Shown here one piece after another: positions 12,103-24,786 of a stretch of 64,000 bases of DNA. The first letter of the stretch is position 1, and each line of letters opens with the position of its first letter. Made by a program: the position numbers and the translations under genes. Location: NCBI GenBank assembly GCA_020891255.1, contig BQFW01000001.1:2604001-2668000 (forward strand), given 5' to 3'. Below the pieces are notes generated by a model. That model had not been told where the DNA came from. It saw nothing but the letters and a program-made list of their open reading frames with translations, and did no database searches. This DNA is from Entomortierella parvispora E1425. Taxonomy: Eukaryota > Fungi > Mortierellomycota.

Positions 12103-15100
12103 GAGAGTATAAGTATGAATTGATGAAGAGGTAAAGAAGGAAGGAAGGGTAATGATGGAAGGAGTGAGGAGCAAAGAGGGACGGAGAAGCAGGAAGAGAA
12201 GAGAAGAGAGGTAGATCTCACACTCGGATGTGTGACGGGTCACTTCTTACTTCACTTGTCACTGGTCAGGAAATCAGCGAGTGAGAGAGGAGTGAGAGAA
12301 TGAGTGAGCCAAAAAAGGACGTCTCACCCCGGGCGGGTCTGGGTGATTGATCGAGTCTTTCTTTTCTTCCCTTCCTTCCTTTTGTTCCTGCCTCAGTCCT
12401 CTTTCCTGCTCTGCTTGGCCTGCTTTTTGTTGGCTTCTATGTGTCCCTCCCTTCCCTCCTCCCTGTCCTCCAAGTGCTGGGGGTGCTCCCTCGTTCATAC
12501 CGCGCCATTCTCGCTCTTGTTTTCCCCTTACTGTTTATTCCCACTGTCTGCGTGTTGATGTCAGCGTCTTTTTGTTTCTATTCTCAAATGTTCGTTGTGT
12601 TCCCGCGCAAGGGTTGACACTCCTTTTCCATGGGTGCATCAGCCTTGCATGTTATGTTGTTTGTGCAGCTTGGGAACCAAAAGAAGAAAAAAGATGGCAC
12701 CCCAGTTCCAATGGACAAAAAAGGGACAGGACGACCTGAACCACAATAGGCCACTGCCTATAAAGAACGTCGACCGTTCACCCGAAATGCTTGACTATCA
12801 ATTGGTCAATCATGTCTTTGCTCTGACAAAGCCAGACGCACAATTGCAACGCGCGTACTATTGGGCCCTTGCAGCAAGGTCAACACGTATCTTTGAGTGC
12901 GCGTGTGCAGAAGGAGGAGCCTGACACAGAGGGACAAAAAAGAACTATTTGCTACTTTCCCATGCAGCGAATGAGAACAGAGGACTCATTCATTCATGCA
13001 TTCAATCGAGCAGTCCAGCCCGCGGGCTGGACAATGGCAAAAATCAATGAGGAAGGAAAGGCGTGGAATAGGAAGTGCTGTGCTCTGACAGTTTCCCAGC
13101 CCCTGCTTTTTGCTCTCGTTCTCCGGACCAAAGAAAAACAAAACACGAAATAAAAAAAGGATTCGATTCACCCGCCACTTTTTTTTTTTATTACTTTTTG
13201 GGGCCATGCAAATTACAGGTTTAAAGCAAAGAAACACGCTGGCTTGATCCGTTTTCCTCCTGCACTGCCAGAAGGAGTCAACAACCCCAGACGTGAGCGT
13301 GGGACCCTGCTCACTCAATGGGATCCATCTTGGATCGGTTTTCCAATAAGGCAAAACCGGCCGATATGTGAATTCCCACCGTCCCCGCCTGTTGGCTTTC
13401 AACAGCGTTGTCTTTTCTCATTGTCTTTTTCTCTTGTTGTCCTCGCTATCCTGCCCGGCGCAAAGATCACCGAAAATGACGTTCTCTGATGTCTCTCCGG
13501 CCAAAAGGCACAGAACGTAGAGAGGGAGGTGGTACGTATGATGAGTACAAGTCCACACCTTGCACCATTGATTGAATTGAGAAAGGAGCACACGAAGGAA
13601 AAACAGAACAAGCAAGGCAAGAAAAAAACGAGGCCACAACAATTACCCACATTGTCCCACAGCAAACTAAATGAGCAGTTTTGCACTTGTCACCCTTGTT
13701 TTCACCCCACTTCTTTGTTCATCCATTCCTTTCTCTTTCATTTTTACATATTTTAAACTTCTTTGCATCCCCCCTCCTTCTTCTTCTCTATCCTCTCCTT
13801 CTCTGCGACAAGAATTCCCCCATTCTTCACTTTCACTCTCAGTCGTGTATTCACCGAAAAAAGATCCCCGTCACGCTATTTCCTCCGCTCTCTGACCACA
13901 AGACACCCACACCCCTGCCCTACCCCACCGGCCATTGATTCTGTCACGCACCTTCTCACCCTTTCCCCCTACCTGCACCATTCGTCCTTCCATCAGTCTC
14001 GTCCCTCGGAGCAAACTACTTGGACTCGAAGGTAGGGGCAACAATGGATACGACACCCTATTTGCGTTAGAGTACACCTTTACTTTTATTTTCATTGTTT
14101 TTGCGCCAAAGGTACAATCGGTGCTCAGAGACATACCGGAAGATCTGCCATGTCATCTCCATTTTGACTGCATGGGCACAGCAAAGAACGATAAGAAATC
14201 AAAAAAAATATGACCATGTTGCTCTTTCGCCCTCGCAATTATCATTTTTTTATTGTTTTGGATATTATTTTTTTTGCCCCGGTGAGGATAGTGTTCGGTC
14301 GCTGAACCCTTGCTGCCCATTCTCATCTCGAAGTTCGGCTCTATGCATCTCACCCTTGCTGTGCATGTATCCATGGTCCCGCTTTTTTTTTTTTTTTTTT
14401 TCCTTTTTTTTGGTCTCTCCTTTCCTTTGGGCTCAGGGAGATGGAGGGACGGGAGAGCTGTGATCACCCAATTTTGTACCCTTTTCTGACTTTGCGCTGG
14501 GAGCCCTTGGAAATGCTATTTTTTTTTTTCTTTCCCGCTTTTCGATTGCAACCCTCGTTTTTTGACTTTGGGTTTCTTTTTTTGTGTTCATTTCGATCCT
14601 CCGACCAAAAAGCAAGAGTCGGGAAAGAAAAAGGTGGAGAGAGAGAGAGGAGGAGGAGGAAGAGGAGGTTTCTGACCGCCGTCCTGTTCAGGTCCGGCCT
14701 TGTGTGTTTGTTGTTTCTGTGTCTGGTGTGTGTTATGTTTTGGTCTTTGGACGGCGACAAGGGCCACAACAAAAGGCAACAGAACAAGTAAAAAGAAAAG
14801 AAAGAAAAAAACAAGAGCGCAACTGGATCTCCTGTGCTTGATATGCCATGGATGCCATTGGATCCCACAGCCAAAAGAAACGACAAAAGGAAAGACCTGA
14901 TGGCCGCTCACGCTTTTTAATTTTCCTTTCCCCCCCTCTCATCTCTTTTGTTTGTTCCCTCCTTTGTCCCTGTGGACGCGTTCTCCCCGCGTAAAAAAAG
15001 AACTCGCCAGCTTCCCACCAAAACCGTACTTCTGCCGTGTACACCCAGACTCGGTTCCCGCCTCTTCTTCCTGATGCATGTATCTTTTTCTACCCCTGGC

Positions 15101-15303
15101 TGGGACCGCCTCCTTGTCCTCCACTTCCTGTCCTCCTCTTTTTTCCCTTTAATAAGGCCCGATTTGCCCGGTAGTCGATGACTTTTTTTTTCTTCTTATT
15201 CTTTTTTCCCTTTTCTCTTCTGCATCTAACTGACACCCTTTTTTTTTGACATCCCACCCAAATTCTTGCTGCCGACAGTCCCTCCTTCCACCCTTCTGAC
15301 ACC

Positions 15304-17094
15304 ATGGAGGACCATTCAATGGACGCTACTGGCGTCCATGATCCAGACCTGACGCAACAGCCTCCGCCTCCGCCTCCTCACGAGAACGACCCGATGTTTG
15401 TCGGAGATGAAGACGACCATGATGAGGACGATCATGAACAAGAGCCCGAGCCGGCCCTCCCTCGGCCGCCTCCAAGAATCAATCGAGCCGCCCAAAAGGT
15501 CATGACGACACCAGAGTTGATCCTCCATATCTTGAGCCACGTCGATCCACGATGGTTCCCCGATGTGGGTCGGATTAACAGAGTCTGGAACATGATCGTC
15601 CATGACTGGTCCTTACCCTTTGGCTTTTCCAACCGGATCTTGCGACATCGGTTCGAGAGCCAACCTAGAGTGATCCACATCCTGACTGCATATGTTCTCC
15701 AATACCCACCCTCGACCCATGAAACGGACCCGGCCACAGGGGAGGGCAAAGCTGGTCGAGAGAATTATCAGTTTGTCTTTTCGTGTCAAGCTGGTCGATC
15801 TCAAAGCATAGACAGCAGTGGCACCACTGGCAGTAGCAGCGGAGGCCAACAAGCCAGCAGTGGAAGTGGAGGAAGTGCTGGTGCTGGAAGCAATGGTGGA
15901 AATGGTGGAAATAGTGACGGAGGGAATGGCCTTGGGAGCAACAGTAGTAGCTATCAAACGCCCAATCAACAACATATTCATTTCCATGGCGAGAACTTGA
16001 GCGGAGGAAGCCATGGAAGTCAACACTCGCATCTTCATCTGCATCATCACCATCACCATCGAAGCCATGAACCCGGCCACGAGAACGCGCTAGAGCAGCC
16101 GTCGTTGCAGGCCCTGGGCCACGCGTTTCAGTCGACGGCCATCATCCCTAATATTTACATGCGGAGTGCCGTTCAATTGTCGGGGGAGCAAGTTTCTCCC
16201 CTGCCGGCTCCTCAGCCCTTTGTCACGGCGCCGACACCTCCTGTTCCCATCCAGGAGGGTGTACCGTTGCCCCCGCCTCAGTCGCCCCCTCTCATCTCCA
16301 CCGAGCAGCTCCATCTTCAAGAGACCTTGACCCTCCAAGCGTCCTCATTTTCGTCCACGTCGACGTCATCTTCCTCTTACCCATACTACCTCGCACCCCT
16401 TGTTCGTGTCGTCCCTTGTCCGTATGATTACAGTTCCGAGAGCTCATCCATGTCCTATGAGGATACGACCTCGTTCCTGTCGAGCACCAGTCCACTGATA
16501 GGCCCCGGAGGCCTCTCTCGTCGGCGTCAAGAGACGGCTTTTTCCGTCAACACTACGGGCACGACAGGGAGCGGCAGTGGTAGCAGCGGAGGAAGCCGCC
16601 ATAGTGGTGAGAGCAGTGGCTCTGAAAGCTTTAGTGAAACACAACATGAAATGGCCGCGGTGATGTCGACGACCAGCGTCGGCACAGTGTCCTCATCGTC
16701 GTCGTCGGTGGTCACGGCTGTGCCGATGCATCCAACGGCGCCGGGCCAGCCGCTGCCTCCACATGCGCAAAGGATTGTGGCGACGACGTCGGGGTCGACC
16801 ACGACGTCGAATCCCTCCCGTCATTGGAACGTGTCGATGCAGTCGTTTTACTTTAAGCAGGCGGCCCTGAACGCCATGATCCGGGCGGCCAACCATCTGC
16901 TGCAATCGCCCGAGGGCCGAGGATGTGCCGTGTTGGAGCGACATACGGGGAGTCGCATTATCTGGAATGAGGAACGGCGCGTCGAGTATATCTGGACGGT
17001 GACCTCGTCGCTGATGGACCGGACGAACCCAGACTATGTGGAGCGGGACTATGACCCCGAGGAGGACGAGGACGAGTTTCGGTCGTCCGAGTAA
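15304..17094 (+). CDS. F-box-like protein with long low-complexity inserts (596 aa)
   Basis: Long intronless ORF with AAQKVMTTPELILHILSHV...VGRINRVW (F-box-like) and Gly/Ser/His/Pro-rich tracts. Confidence 0.75.
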   Translation: MEDHSMDATGVHDPDLTQQPPPPPPHENDPMFVGDEDDHDEDDHEQEPEPALPRPPPRINRAAQKVMTTPELILHILSHVDPRWFPDVGRINRVWNMIVHDWSLPFGFSNRILRHRFESQPRVIHILTAYVLQYPPSTHETDPATGEGKAGRENYQFVFSCQAGRSQSIDSSGTTGSSSGGQQASSGSGGSAGAGSNGGNGGNSDGGNGLGSNSSSYQTPNQQHIHFHGENLSGGSHGSQHSHLHLHHHHHHRSHEPGHENALEQPSLQALGHAFQSTAIIPNIYMRSAVQLSGEQVSPLPAPQPFVTAPTPPVPIQEGVPLPPPQSPPLISTEQLHLQETLTLQASSFSSTSTSSSSYPYYLAPLVRVVPCPYDYSSESSSMSYEDTTSFLSSTSPLIGPGGLSRRRQETAFSVNTTGTTGSGSGSSGGSRHSGESSGSESFSETQHEMAAVMSTTSVGTVSSSSSSVVTAVPMHPTAPGQPLPPHAQRIVATTSGSTTTSNPSRHWNVSMQSFYFKQAALNAMIRAANHLLQSPEGRGCAVLERHTGSRIIWNEERRVEYIWTVTSSLMDRTNPDYVERDYDPEEDEDEFRSSE

Positions 17095-17510
17095 AGAAAA
17101 GAATAAGAATGGGGGTCCCTTGCCGTTATCATTTCATATCTCATCGTTCCCCCCTTTGTGTCATAGTAATAATAAAGAGGGACAAAAACAAAAGAAGGCA
17201 CTGCATGCAATGCATGAATGGAACGTCAACAGAATATTGCATACGGGACAAGAAAAAAAAACCTTTACATGCAGAAAAGGGGCGATCTGTGCGCGCGTGC
17301 TGGAAGAACGGAAGGGAGGGAGGGAAGAAAGAATAGAAAAAATGAAAGCGTGCTCTGGCCTCGCTTCCTCTGTGTCATTGTCTCCTTTCTTTCCTCTCTT
17401 TCGTTCTCTCTCTCTTCCTTCTCATTCACCACACCGTTTATCGCTGTCGACATATAGACATATACACTCACTCACCTCACCACTGCACCATTCCATCTGC
17501 TCATCAACTC

Positions 17511-20500
17511 ATGGACACACCCCGCCCTCATCCATCAGGGTCCCTCGCCCAGCTGCATCTCATTGACGAGGAGAAAAAGTTTAGGCAAGGTTTCCCTTGT
17601 TTTCAGAGCCGCGTTGCGTTGCACACGGACACCTACACCACACACACACACACGCCACTTCCCGCCCTTCTTTCGAGTTTGGAATGACAGGCATTGACAA
17701 TGTGCAATCCATGTTGTGTTGGGGCATGTCACGTCTGTCTGTCTGTCTGTGTCCTTCTGGAGGAGAGCATGTTTGACTCTTCCAGTCTTCCCCTGCTAAC
17801 CACTGCCCTTCTTTATTATAGTCAGGAGCTCTCCACCTATGTCGATCAAAAGTGGAATCTCAAGGATGCAGGATTCAACTATAATGTGTTGGCTGTCTTT
17901 GGAAGCCAGAGCACTGGAAAGAGTAAGCGATCCGCCCCCTTTTCATGGCCCTCAAAAGTGAAAAGTGAAGGAGTGGAAACGAGAAGCATGTTTTATGCTC
18001 TGACACGTATGGCGATCGTCCTTGTTTGGTACTTTTTTGCTTTAGGTACGCTCTTGAATCGACTTTTCGGGACCCAGTTTGATGTCATGTCTGAATCATC
18101 CAGGCAGCAAACAACAAAAGGAATCTGGATCAGCAAAGGCAAAGACATGAAAGTTTTGATCATGGACGTGGAAGGAACGGACGGGCGGGAACGTGGAGAA
18201 GATCAGGATTTTGAACGCAAGAGCGCCCTCTTCTCCCTGGCCACCTCAGAGGTCTTGATTGTCAACATGTGGGAACACCAGGTTGGACTATACAATGGTG
18301 CCAACATGGGGTTGCTCAAGACTGTCTTTGAGGTCAACTTGCAGCTTTTTGGAAGCAATCGAGGGTAAGAGAAGCTTTTCGAAAAAAAAAAAAATGTTGT
18401 TTTTTGTTGGTCTGAGAAAAAAAATGGGGTCAAACAACTGACACATCTCATGACGAATCCAAATAGGAAAGAAAAGACATTGTTGCTTTTTGTCATTCGT
18501 GATCATGTTGGAGCGACGCCACTCGCCAATCTGTCGAATACACTCAAGGCTGATCTGGACAGGATATGGCAAGGGCTATCAAAAGTACGATAACTTTATG
18601 ACCAGTGGGCTCTGATGTCGGATGCCAACTGGGCAGAGACTGACATTCCTCGACCCTTTATCAATGTTGTGCTTGATTAGCCCGAAGGTCTGGAGAACTG
18701 CAAGATCTTGGATTATTTTGACTTTTCGTTTACGACTTTGGCGCACAAGCTGCTTCAACCTGAAAGGTTTGAAGAGGAAGTAGCGTTGCTTCGACAAAGG
18801 TATCTCTCCCTGATCCAAGAACGTGGTTATGCCACCGGGTTGTTTTCGTATTCTGCCCTCAGGTTCCTCACACGTTTTTGCTGATTTTAGGTTTATTGAG
18901 CCATCGAACCCTGACTACGTGTTCAAACCTCAATATTCCAAACGGGTGCCCGCAGACGGACTTCACGTGTATGCAGAGGCGATCTGGGAAAAGATCGTGA
19001 CCAACAAGGACTTGGATTTGCCAACTCAACAGGAACTTTTGGCACAATTCCGATGCGATGAAATTGCAAATCTGGCGTTTGTTACTTTCAAGGACTCTAT
19101 CAGGGACTTTCGTCATCCCATTGAATCGGGCCAGTTGGTTGAAAACCTCGGTCCAAAAATGAGAGAGATCCGTGATGTTGCCATCAGTAGGTGTCACTCA
19201 TATAAGGGACAGATATGAATCACAGAGGCAAAAAAAAAACTAATGCTCCTTTCTTATCATGACCGTTCTTAGAATCGTTCGTTAAGGATGCATCCAGATA
19301 TCACGCAGAGGTTTACAAGAGGAAACATGCTGAGGTTTTGACAAAAGCAAACTCGATGCTTGAATCCTTCTTTGTCGGACAACTCAAAAATCTTCACAAG
19401 AAGGCTGTTTCCCAGTTCTCGTCTGAACTGCAACAGGCCCTGAAAAAGGATGGCGCAGAGTTTGGAGCTGTGAGCGCGACAGCAAAGGACAATGCGACGG
19501 CGTTCTTCCTCCAGGGTGCCGCAGCCATCAAGCTCGAGGAAACAGACTGGGAATATGAGGAAGAGCAATTCCAGTTGGAACAGGACCTGCAGGAGTTTGC
19601 CGCCACTCAGCGTGAAAAGGAGCTCTCCAAAATGTTGACTGGACTGGAGAAACAAATCAAGAAGGATCTGGAGGACCCCATCAAGTTGGCGCTGGATCAT
19701 CCTGGACCTGGCATGTGGGGACGTGTAATCACTACGTACCACCACACCATGTCCAGAGCAGAAGAATTGCTTCACAAGAAGGCAAGGACGTTTGAGCTCG
19801 GCCAGGAGGAACAGCAGACGCTGGAAGAGAATCTCAGGAGACAGGGATGGGTCTTGCTGACAATGAAAGTCCAGGAGGAATCTGTGGATGGACTGTTGCT
19901 TTACAAATTGCTGAACCGGTTTGAGGAAAAATTCCAAAGAGATGAGAGAGGGCTTCCAAGGGTGTGGAAACCTGATGATGATATCGATACGCCCTTCCGA
20001 AAAGCAAGAGACGAGGTAAGATATATAAAAAACAGGACGTGTTTATTGTTTCGATGAAAAGAATCTGACGGTTCCTTCCCATCCCTCTCGCGATAGACAC
20101 TGGAGTTGATTCCCCTTTACGCAAAGATCAAGGCATTGGATCCAACTACAGGTGAGGAGTTCTCGCTGGAGTCAACAGACGATTTCGACTTCGATCAGTC
20201 CCTTCGCGTCCTTTCTGAAACGCGGCAACAAGAGCTCACTACTCAGCTCAAGCGCAAGACGGACGCATCGTTTGTGGAAGCCAAGAGATCGGTAGTTTCA
20301 ACACAGGTCAAGGTGCCCTACTGGGTTGGCGTGGCGTTGATAATTCTGGGCTGGAACGAGTTCATGGCGATCTTGATGAATCCGCTGTACCTCTCCTTGA
20401 CTCTGATGTTGGGCTTGCCATTCGGCATTCTGTGGTACTTGGATCTACTACCGCTCGTACAAAGGATTGGATGGAAGGCGTATGACCAAGCGATGGAATT

Positions 20501-20720
20501 TGGTCGGGAGAAGCTGCGTGATGTAGTCCACTCCAGCGAACCTGTCCTTGTCCGAGCACCCCAGCAAAGGATCCTTGAGGAGGAGCAGGGTCGGCCTCAG
20601 GATTTTCTGCATAGACACTCGGCCAGGTCCTTGAGTAGTCATGGACATGAACGAGGCGACACCCGTGATGATGGGGAGGGACTAGAGATGAGTTCGTTTG
20701 AAGACAAGAAGAACTTGTGA
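17511..20720 (+). CDS. SEY1: SEY1/RHD3 dynamin-like ER fusion GTPase, multi-exon
   Basis: Spliced [12 protein letters not shown] Walker [39 protein letters not shown] and a C-terminal hydrophobic hairpin ([17 protein letters not shown]). First intron 17585-17821 needs a GC donor. Confidence 0.95.
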
Positions 20721-20770
20721 GGAAGAACAATAAAATATCATATATATGCCTTTCATGTGCGGAGCCAGCC

Positions 20771-21257
20771 GATGCACGTTTTGCCACCAACCTCGCCGTT
20801 TTTTTTGGTGGCGTCAGTCACTCTGCAGGCCATCATGGCACCGCACAGCTTTTTACTCCACCCTACTCCCTCCTCAACGAGAGGAAATACAGCGGCAGAT
20901 AATAATAGAAATGACCCGCCCTGGATGCCACGTCGTTTCCCCAATTCTTGATTGTTTTTGTATTTACTGATGAACCACACAGCTGCTGAAGGGGAGGATG
21001 TTCTTCTGGTTGTGATGCTTCTGGGAAGCATACGGATGGCAGCATCCATGTCCCAGGCCACAGGTTTGCAACAGCCCTCAGTTCCCTTGAATTTTTTTTT
21101 TTTTTTTTGTTGTGTTCACGATGGTTGCATGGTCCCTTATTCGTTAGCCATTTTGGTCGCACCTGCGTCTTTTTTTTTTCTTTTTCTTTCTCCCACCCTC
21201 CCCCTTCCACTTCCCATCTCTACTGTATTGCAGACACACATGTCGATAGTTGGAATC
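20771..21257 (+). repeat. Conserved upstream block of the LRR-gene duplication unit (copy 1)
   Basis: Homologous to 42185-42596, about 25165-25647 and partly 38437-38609. Begins with GATGCACGTTTTGCCACCAACC. Confidence 0.85.
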
Positions 21258-24200
21258 ATGGAAAAGAGTCAAGGATTTCGTGTTGCTGGAACAACAGCCG
21301 ACATTGAATACATTGCCGTCAACCACGCCAAGGAGCAAGATGTCATCTTCTGGGAAGACATTCAAAGAGTGTTTCCTGGCGTGAAGTTTGTCCGGCGCGG
21401 TCACGTTGTACTCAGCATGCTGAGGACGCAGAATGGAGACAAGTAAGTGAGAGAGGGCCGAGTGACTGGAGTGTTTGGTCAAAAGCTGACAGCTCTGGTT
21501 TGAACCACTTTCCTCTAGATATAACCCAGAGCGCATCAAGTACCACCCAAACGAAGTCCTGAATGTTGAATTGGGTACCAACGACAACGACACTTTGGCC
21601 TCCATGGATGGTCGAATCGACATTCACTCAGCAGCTTCAAGCAGCGCGATCAACCCTGAGACGACCCCCATCAGCTTGCTCTCCGATACAATTTCTGACC
21701 TGGGAGTTGCCTCGGACCGGGTCATCATCTCTTCCACCATCGAACCTGGACTCACTACCTTGAAGAGAGCAAGCACAGCTGATATCCATAATATAACCAC
21801 TGCTCTTACGGAAGCAATTGAGCTCTCCAACGAGTCTGGGCAGCCCCTCACCAAGGATGAACTAACGTTGCTCGTCCGATCAAAGTTGCACTCGGAATTG
21901 CCGATCAAGTCCGCATTCGAATCCACAGTCCTTCGTGAGCTGGGTGCACTTCACGATCAAGGTGCTACCACACAGCAAATCTCAGCTACTACACAACAAA
22001 TCTCTGCGACCACACAACAAATCGTCCTCAAAGTATTGGAGCTGCAACGACAGATGAGCGATAGGCTGATTCTGATCCAGAGCAAGACGGAAGCTATCTT
22101 GACGCAGCAGTTGGAGCTGAATGAGTATCCCATCCCTCGGCTCTTTATTGTCTTGCCAGAGAAAATGTCAAAGTACGATGCTGGCACTTGGTTTAGGACC
22201 AAATTCCGTCTGTACTTCATCTGTGAGTGCGGTAAACATACCCAAACAGAGGGAAGCAAAACCCCTCACCATCTCCACCTGGCAAGACATGAAGGATATG
22301 TGATCCGAGAGCCAACCGAGTTTTTCAAGAAGTACGGCCCCTTTCTTGTTTTGATGTTGGAGCTCGTCAAGATCAGCACAAGTATCGCCAGTCATGCCGT
22401 GCCAGCATTGGTTACCTTCAAAATTGTCGAACTGGCTGATTCTGTCCAACAGACTATGGAAACTGTCACGGAAATGATTGACTACTCGCTTGAGTGCATT
22501 GACAAGCAAGCAGACAACGTTCGTTCATCTTCTCTGGGAGACCTGGACGACCCAGACAACCGTCCATCTAGAACACAACAGGACTTCACTAACTTTCTGA
22601 AAAATGTCGAGGGTCTTGAAGGCGTCGAATTACGGCAGCTAGGATCATTCTTGACCACGTCAAAGGCCGACAATCTCCTTGGGAACCTTTATCGAATGTC
22701 AACATCGGATGGACATATCAAATGGGTTTGTCGCGATCATTATCGTGCTGGTTACCAGAAGGCGAACGTTGACAAGTTGCGGAATATTGTCGAAAGCTCA
22801 GGAGGAACGTTTGACGAGCAATTGGGAGTGGTCAAAATATCTTTAAAGTCCAGTATTGCAGCCACGGAATTCTTTGATGCCCTCGCTAAAGCCAAGGGGG
22901 TGCTCGAGCTCATTGTCGATTTCAATTGGGAGTGTTCCTGGAAAGATATCGATACACTACGCAAAGCAATCAAGAGATCATCAGTTTCTACTCTCCATGT
23001 GGATCTCCAGCAGTTTAAGCCGAGCCTTCTGAGAACTAAGTTCTCCTCCTCAGTGCATTCTCGGTACGCACCTTTATCTCGACTGATGGAACCATTTCAG
23101 CTACGATCGGTTCACCTGATCCTTCCAGAAGACATCATCCGACTTTCCAACTTCACCCCTACAAGACCTTCACATCTTTACAAGCTAACTTTCGAGATGA
23201 TACTCGGGCGAAGAGCCGATGGCAAGGTTGCTAAAGTATTTGCAGAGGTGTCTAAGTCCAATTCAACATTGGTTTCTTGTTACTGCTCAACTGAAGAGAA
23301 AGGAGCCCAGGCGCTGTGGCAGGCACTCAAGACCCACTGGACGCTTGCCGCTCTGATCCTGGCTGGTTTTTCGATTAGAGAAAATGGAGCGCAGGCATTG
23401 GCAGAAGCACTCAAGACCAACTCGGCGTTGACCACTTTGGACCTGCGCACCAATTCGATTAGAGATTTAGGAGCACAGGCGTTGTCAGAGGTACTCAAGA
23501 CCAATTCGACACTGACCACTTTGGACATCGGTAGCAATAAGATTGGAGATTTAGGAGCACAGGCGCTGTCAGAGGCACTCAAGACCAATTCGACGCTGGC
23601 CACTTTCGACATGAGCGGAAATATGATCGGAGAATTAGGAGCACAGGCATTGTCAAAGGCACTCAAGACCAACTCGACGCTGACCACTTTGAACCTGTGG
23701 AGTAATTCGATTGGAGGGAAAGGAGCGCTGGCGTTGTCAGAGGCACTCAAGACCAACTCGACGCTGACCACTTTGAACCTGTGGAATAATTCGATTGGGG
23801 AGATGGGAGCAGAGGCGTTGTCAGAGGCACTCAAGACCAACTCAACGATGATCACTTTGAACCTGTGGAATAATTCTATTGGAGATTTAGGAGCACAGGC
23901 ATTGTCAGAGGCACTCAAGACTAACTCGACGCTGACCACCTTGAACCTGCGGAATAATTGGATTGGAGAGAAAGGAGCACAGGCACTGGCAGGGGCACTC
24001 AAGCCCAACTCAACGCTGATCACTTTGGAGATGGGTGGCAATTCGATTGGAGATTTAGGAACATGGGCTTTGTCAGAAGTGGTCCAGACCAATTCGACCC
24101 TGGCAACTTTGGACCTGAGCGACAATTCGATTGGAGATTTGGGAGCACAGGCGTTGTCAGAGGCACTCATGACCAACTCGACGCTGACCACTTTGGACAT

Positions 24201-24561
24201 GAGTGAAAATTCGATCGGGGAGGAGGGGGCATGGGCTTTATCGGAGACACTTGAGACCAACACAAACCTGACCACTTTGAACCTCTGGAACAATTGGATT
24301 GGAGATCTAGGAGCACAAGCCTTTTCAGTGGCACTCAAGACCAACTCGACGCTGACCACTTTAGACCTGCGCGCCAATTCAATTACTGATTTAGGAGCAG
24401 AGGCGTTGTCAGAGGCATTCAAGACCAACCCGACGCTGACCACTTTGAACCTGCGGTTTAATCCGATCGGAGATTTAGGAGCGCAGGCATTGACCGAGGC
24501 GTGCAAAGTCAACTCAGTCGTGGATGTCTTTACTGATCCATATTGTTCTTATTATTTTTAA
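21258..24561 (+). CDS. LRR receptor-like protein copy 1 (intact): N-module exon, central Cys/His domain, 13 canonical LRRs
   Basis: join(21258-21442,21519-24561) is in frame with a GT-AG intron and a CTGAC branch site. It carries 28-aa RI-like repeats ALSEALKTNSTLTTLxLxxNxIG. Confidence 0.9.
23395..24486 (+). repeat. 13 x 84-nt LRR tandem array
   Basis: Counted from the translation. Confidence 0.95.
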
Positions 24562-24786
24562 AAAGCATGCTCCTTGTCCGAAGTCACTAAACGTCTGCGT
24601 TGAAAGCTGAATGAAGTTCCTTCAATTCACCATGCCCAGGCCAGCCTTATAAAGATTAACAAATGGAGTAGGGCGAATTGATCTGCGGTCATTCCATAGA
24701 AGCGTCCACAGCAAAGAGCAAAACACAACAAAAGTTCGCAGTTCAACGCGAAAGTAATAGTTTAAATCTTAAAACAGATGCTTGCT

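Noticed and set aside
12103-15303. Numerous 60-140 aa ORFs in the long intergenic region
   Set aside because: Derived from poly-T/poly-A and microsatellite tracts (Phe/Lys runs), with no coding signal.
20760-20812. Helitron 3' end (hairpin plus CTRR on the minus strand)
   Set aside because: CTGG follows the hairpin only in copy 1, not in copy 4. No Rep/helicase is present in the window.
23395-24486. CRISPR-like repeat/spacer appearance of the LRR arrays
   Set aside because: In-frame coding repeats in a eukaryotic gene, with no unique spacers and no cas genes.
21258-24561. Classical NLR or Roco GTPase
   Set aside because: No Walker A (GxxxxGK[ST]) motif and no NACHT, NB-ARC or Roc motifs in any copy.
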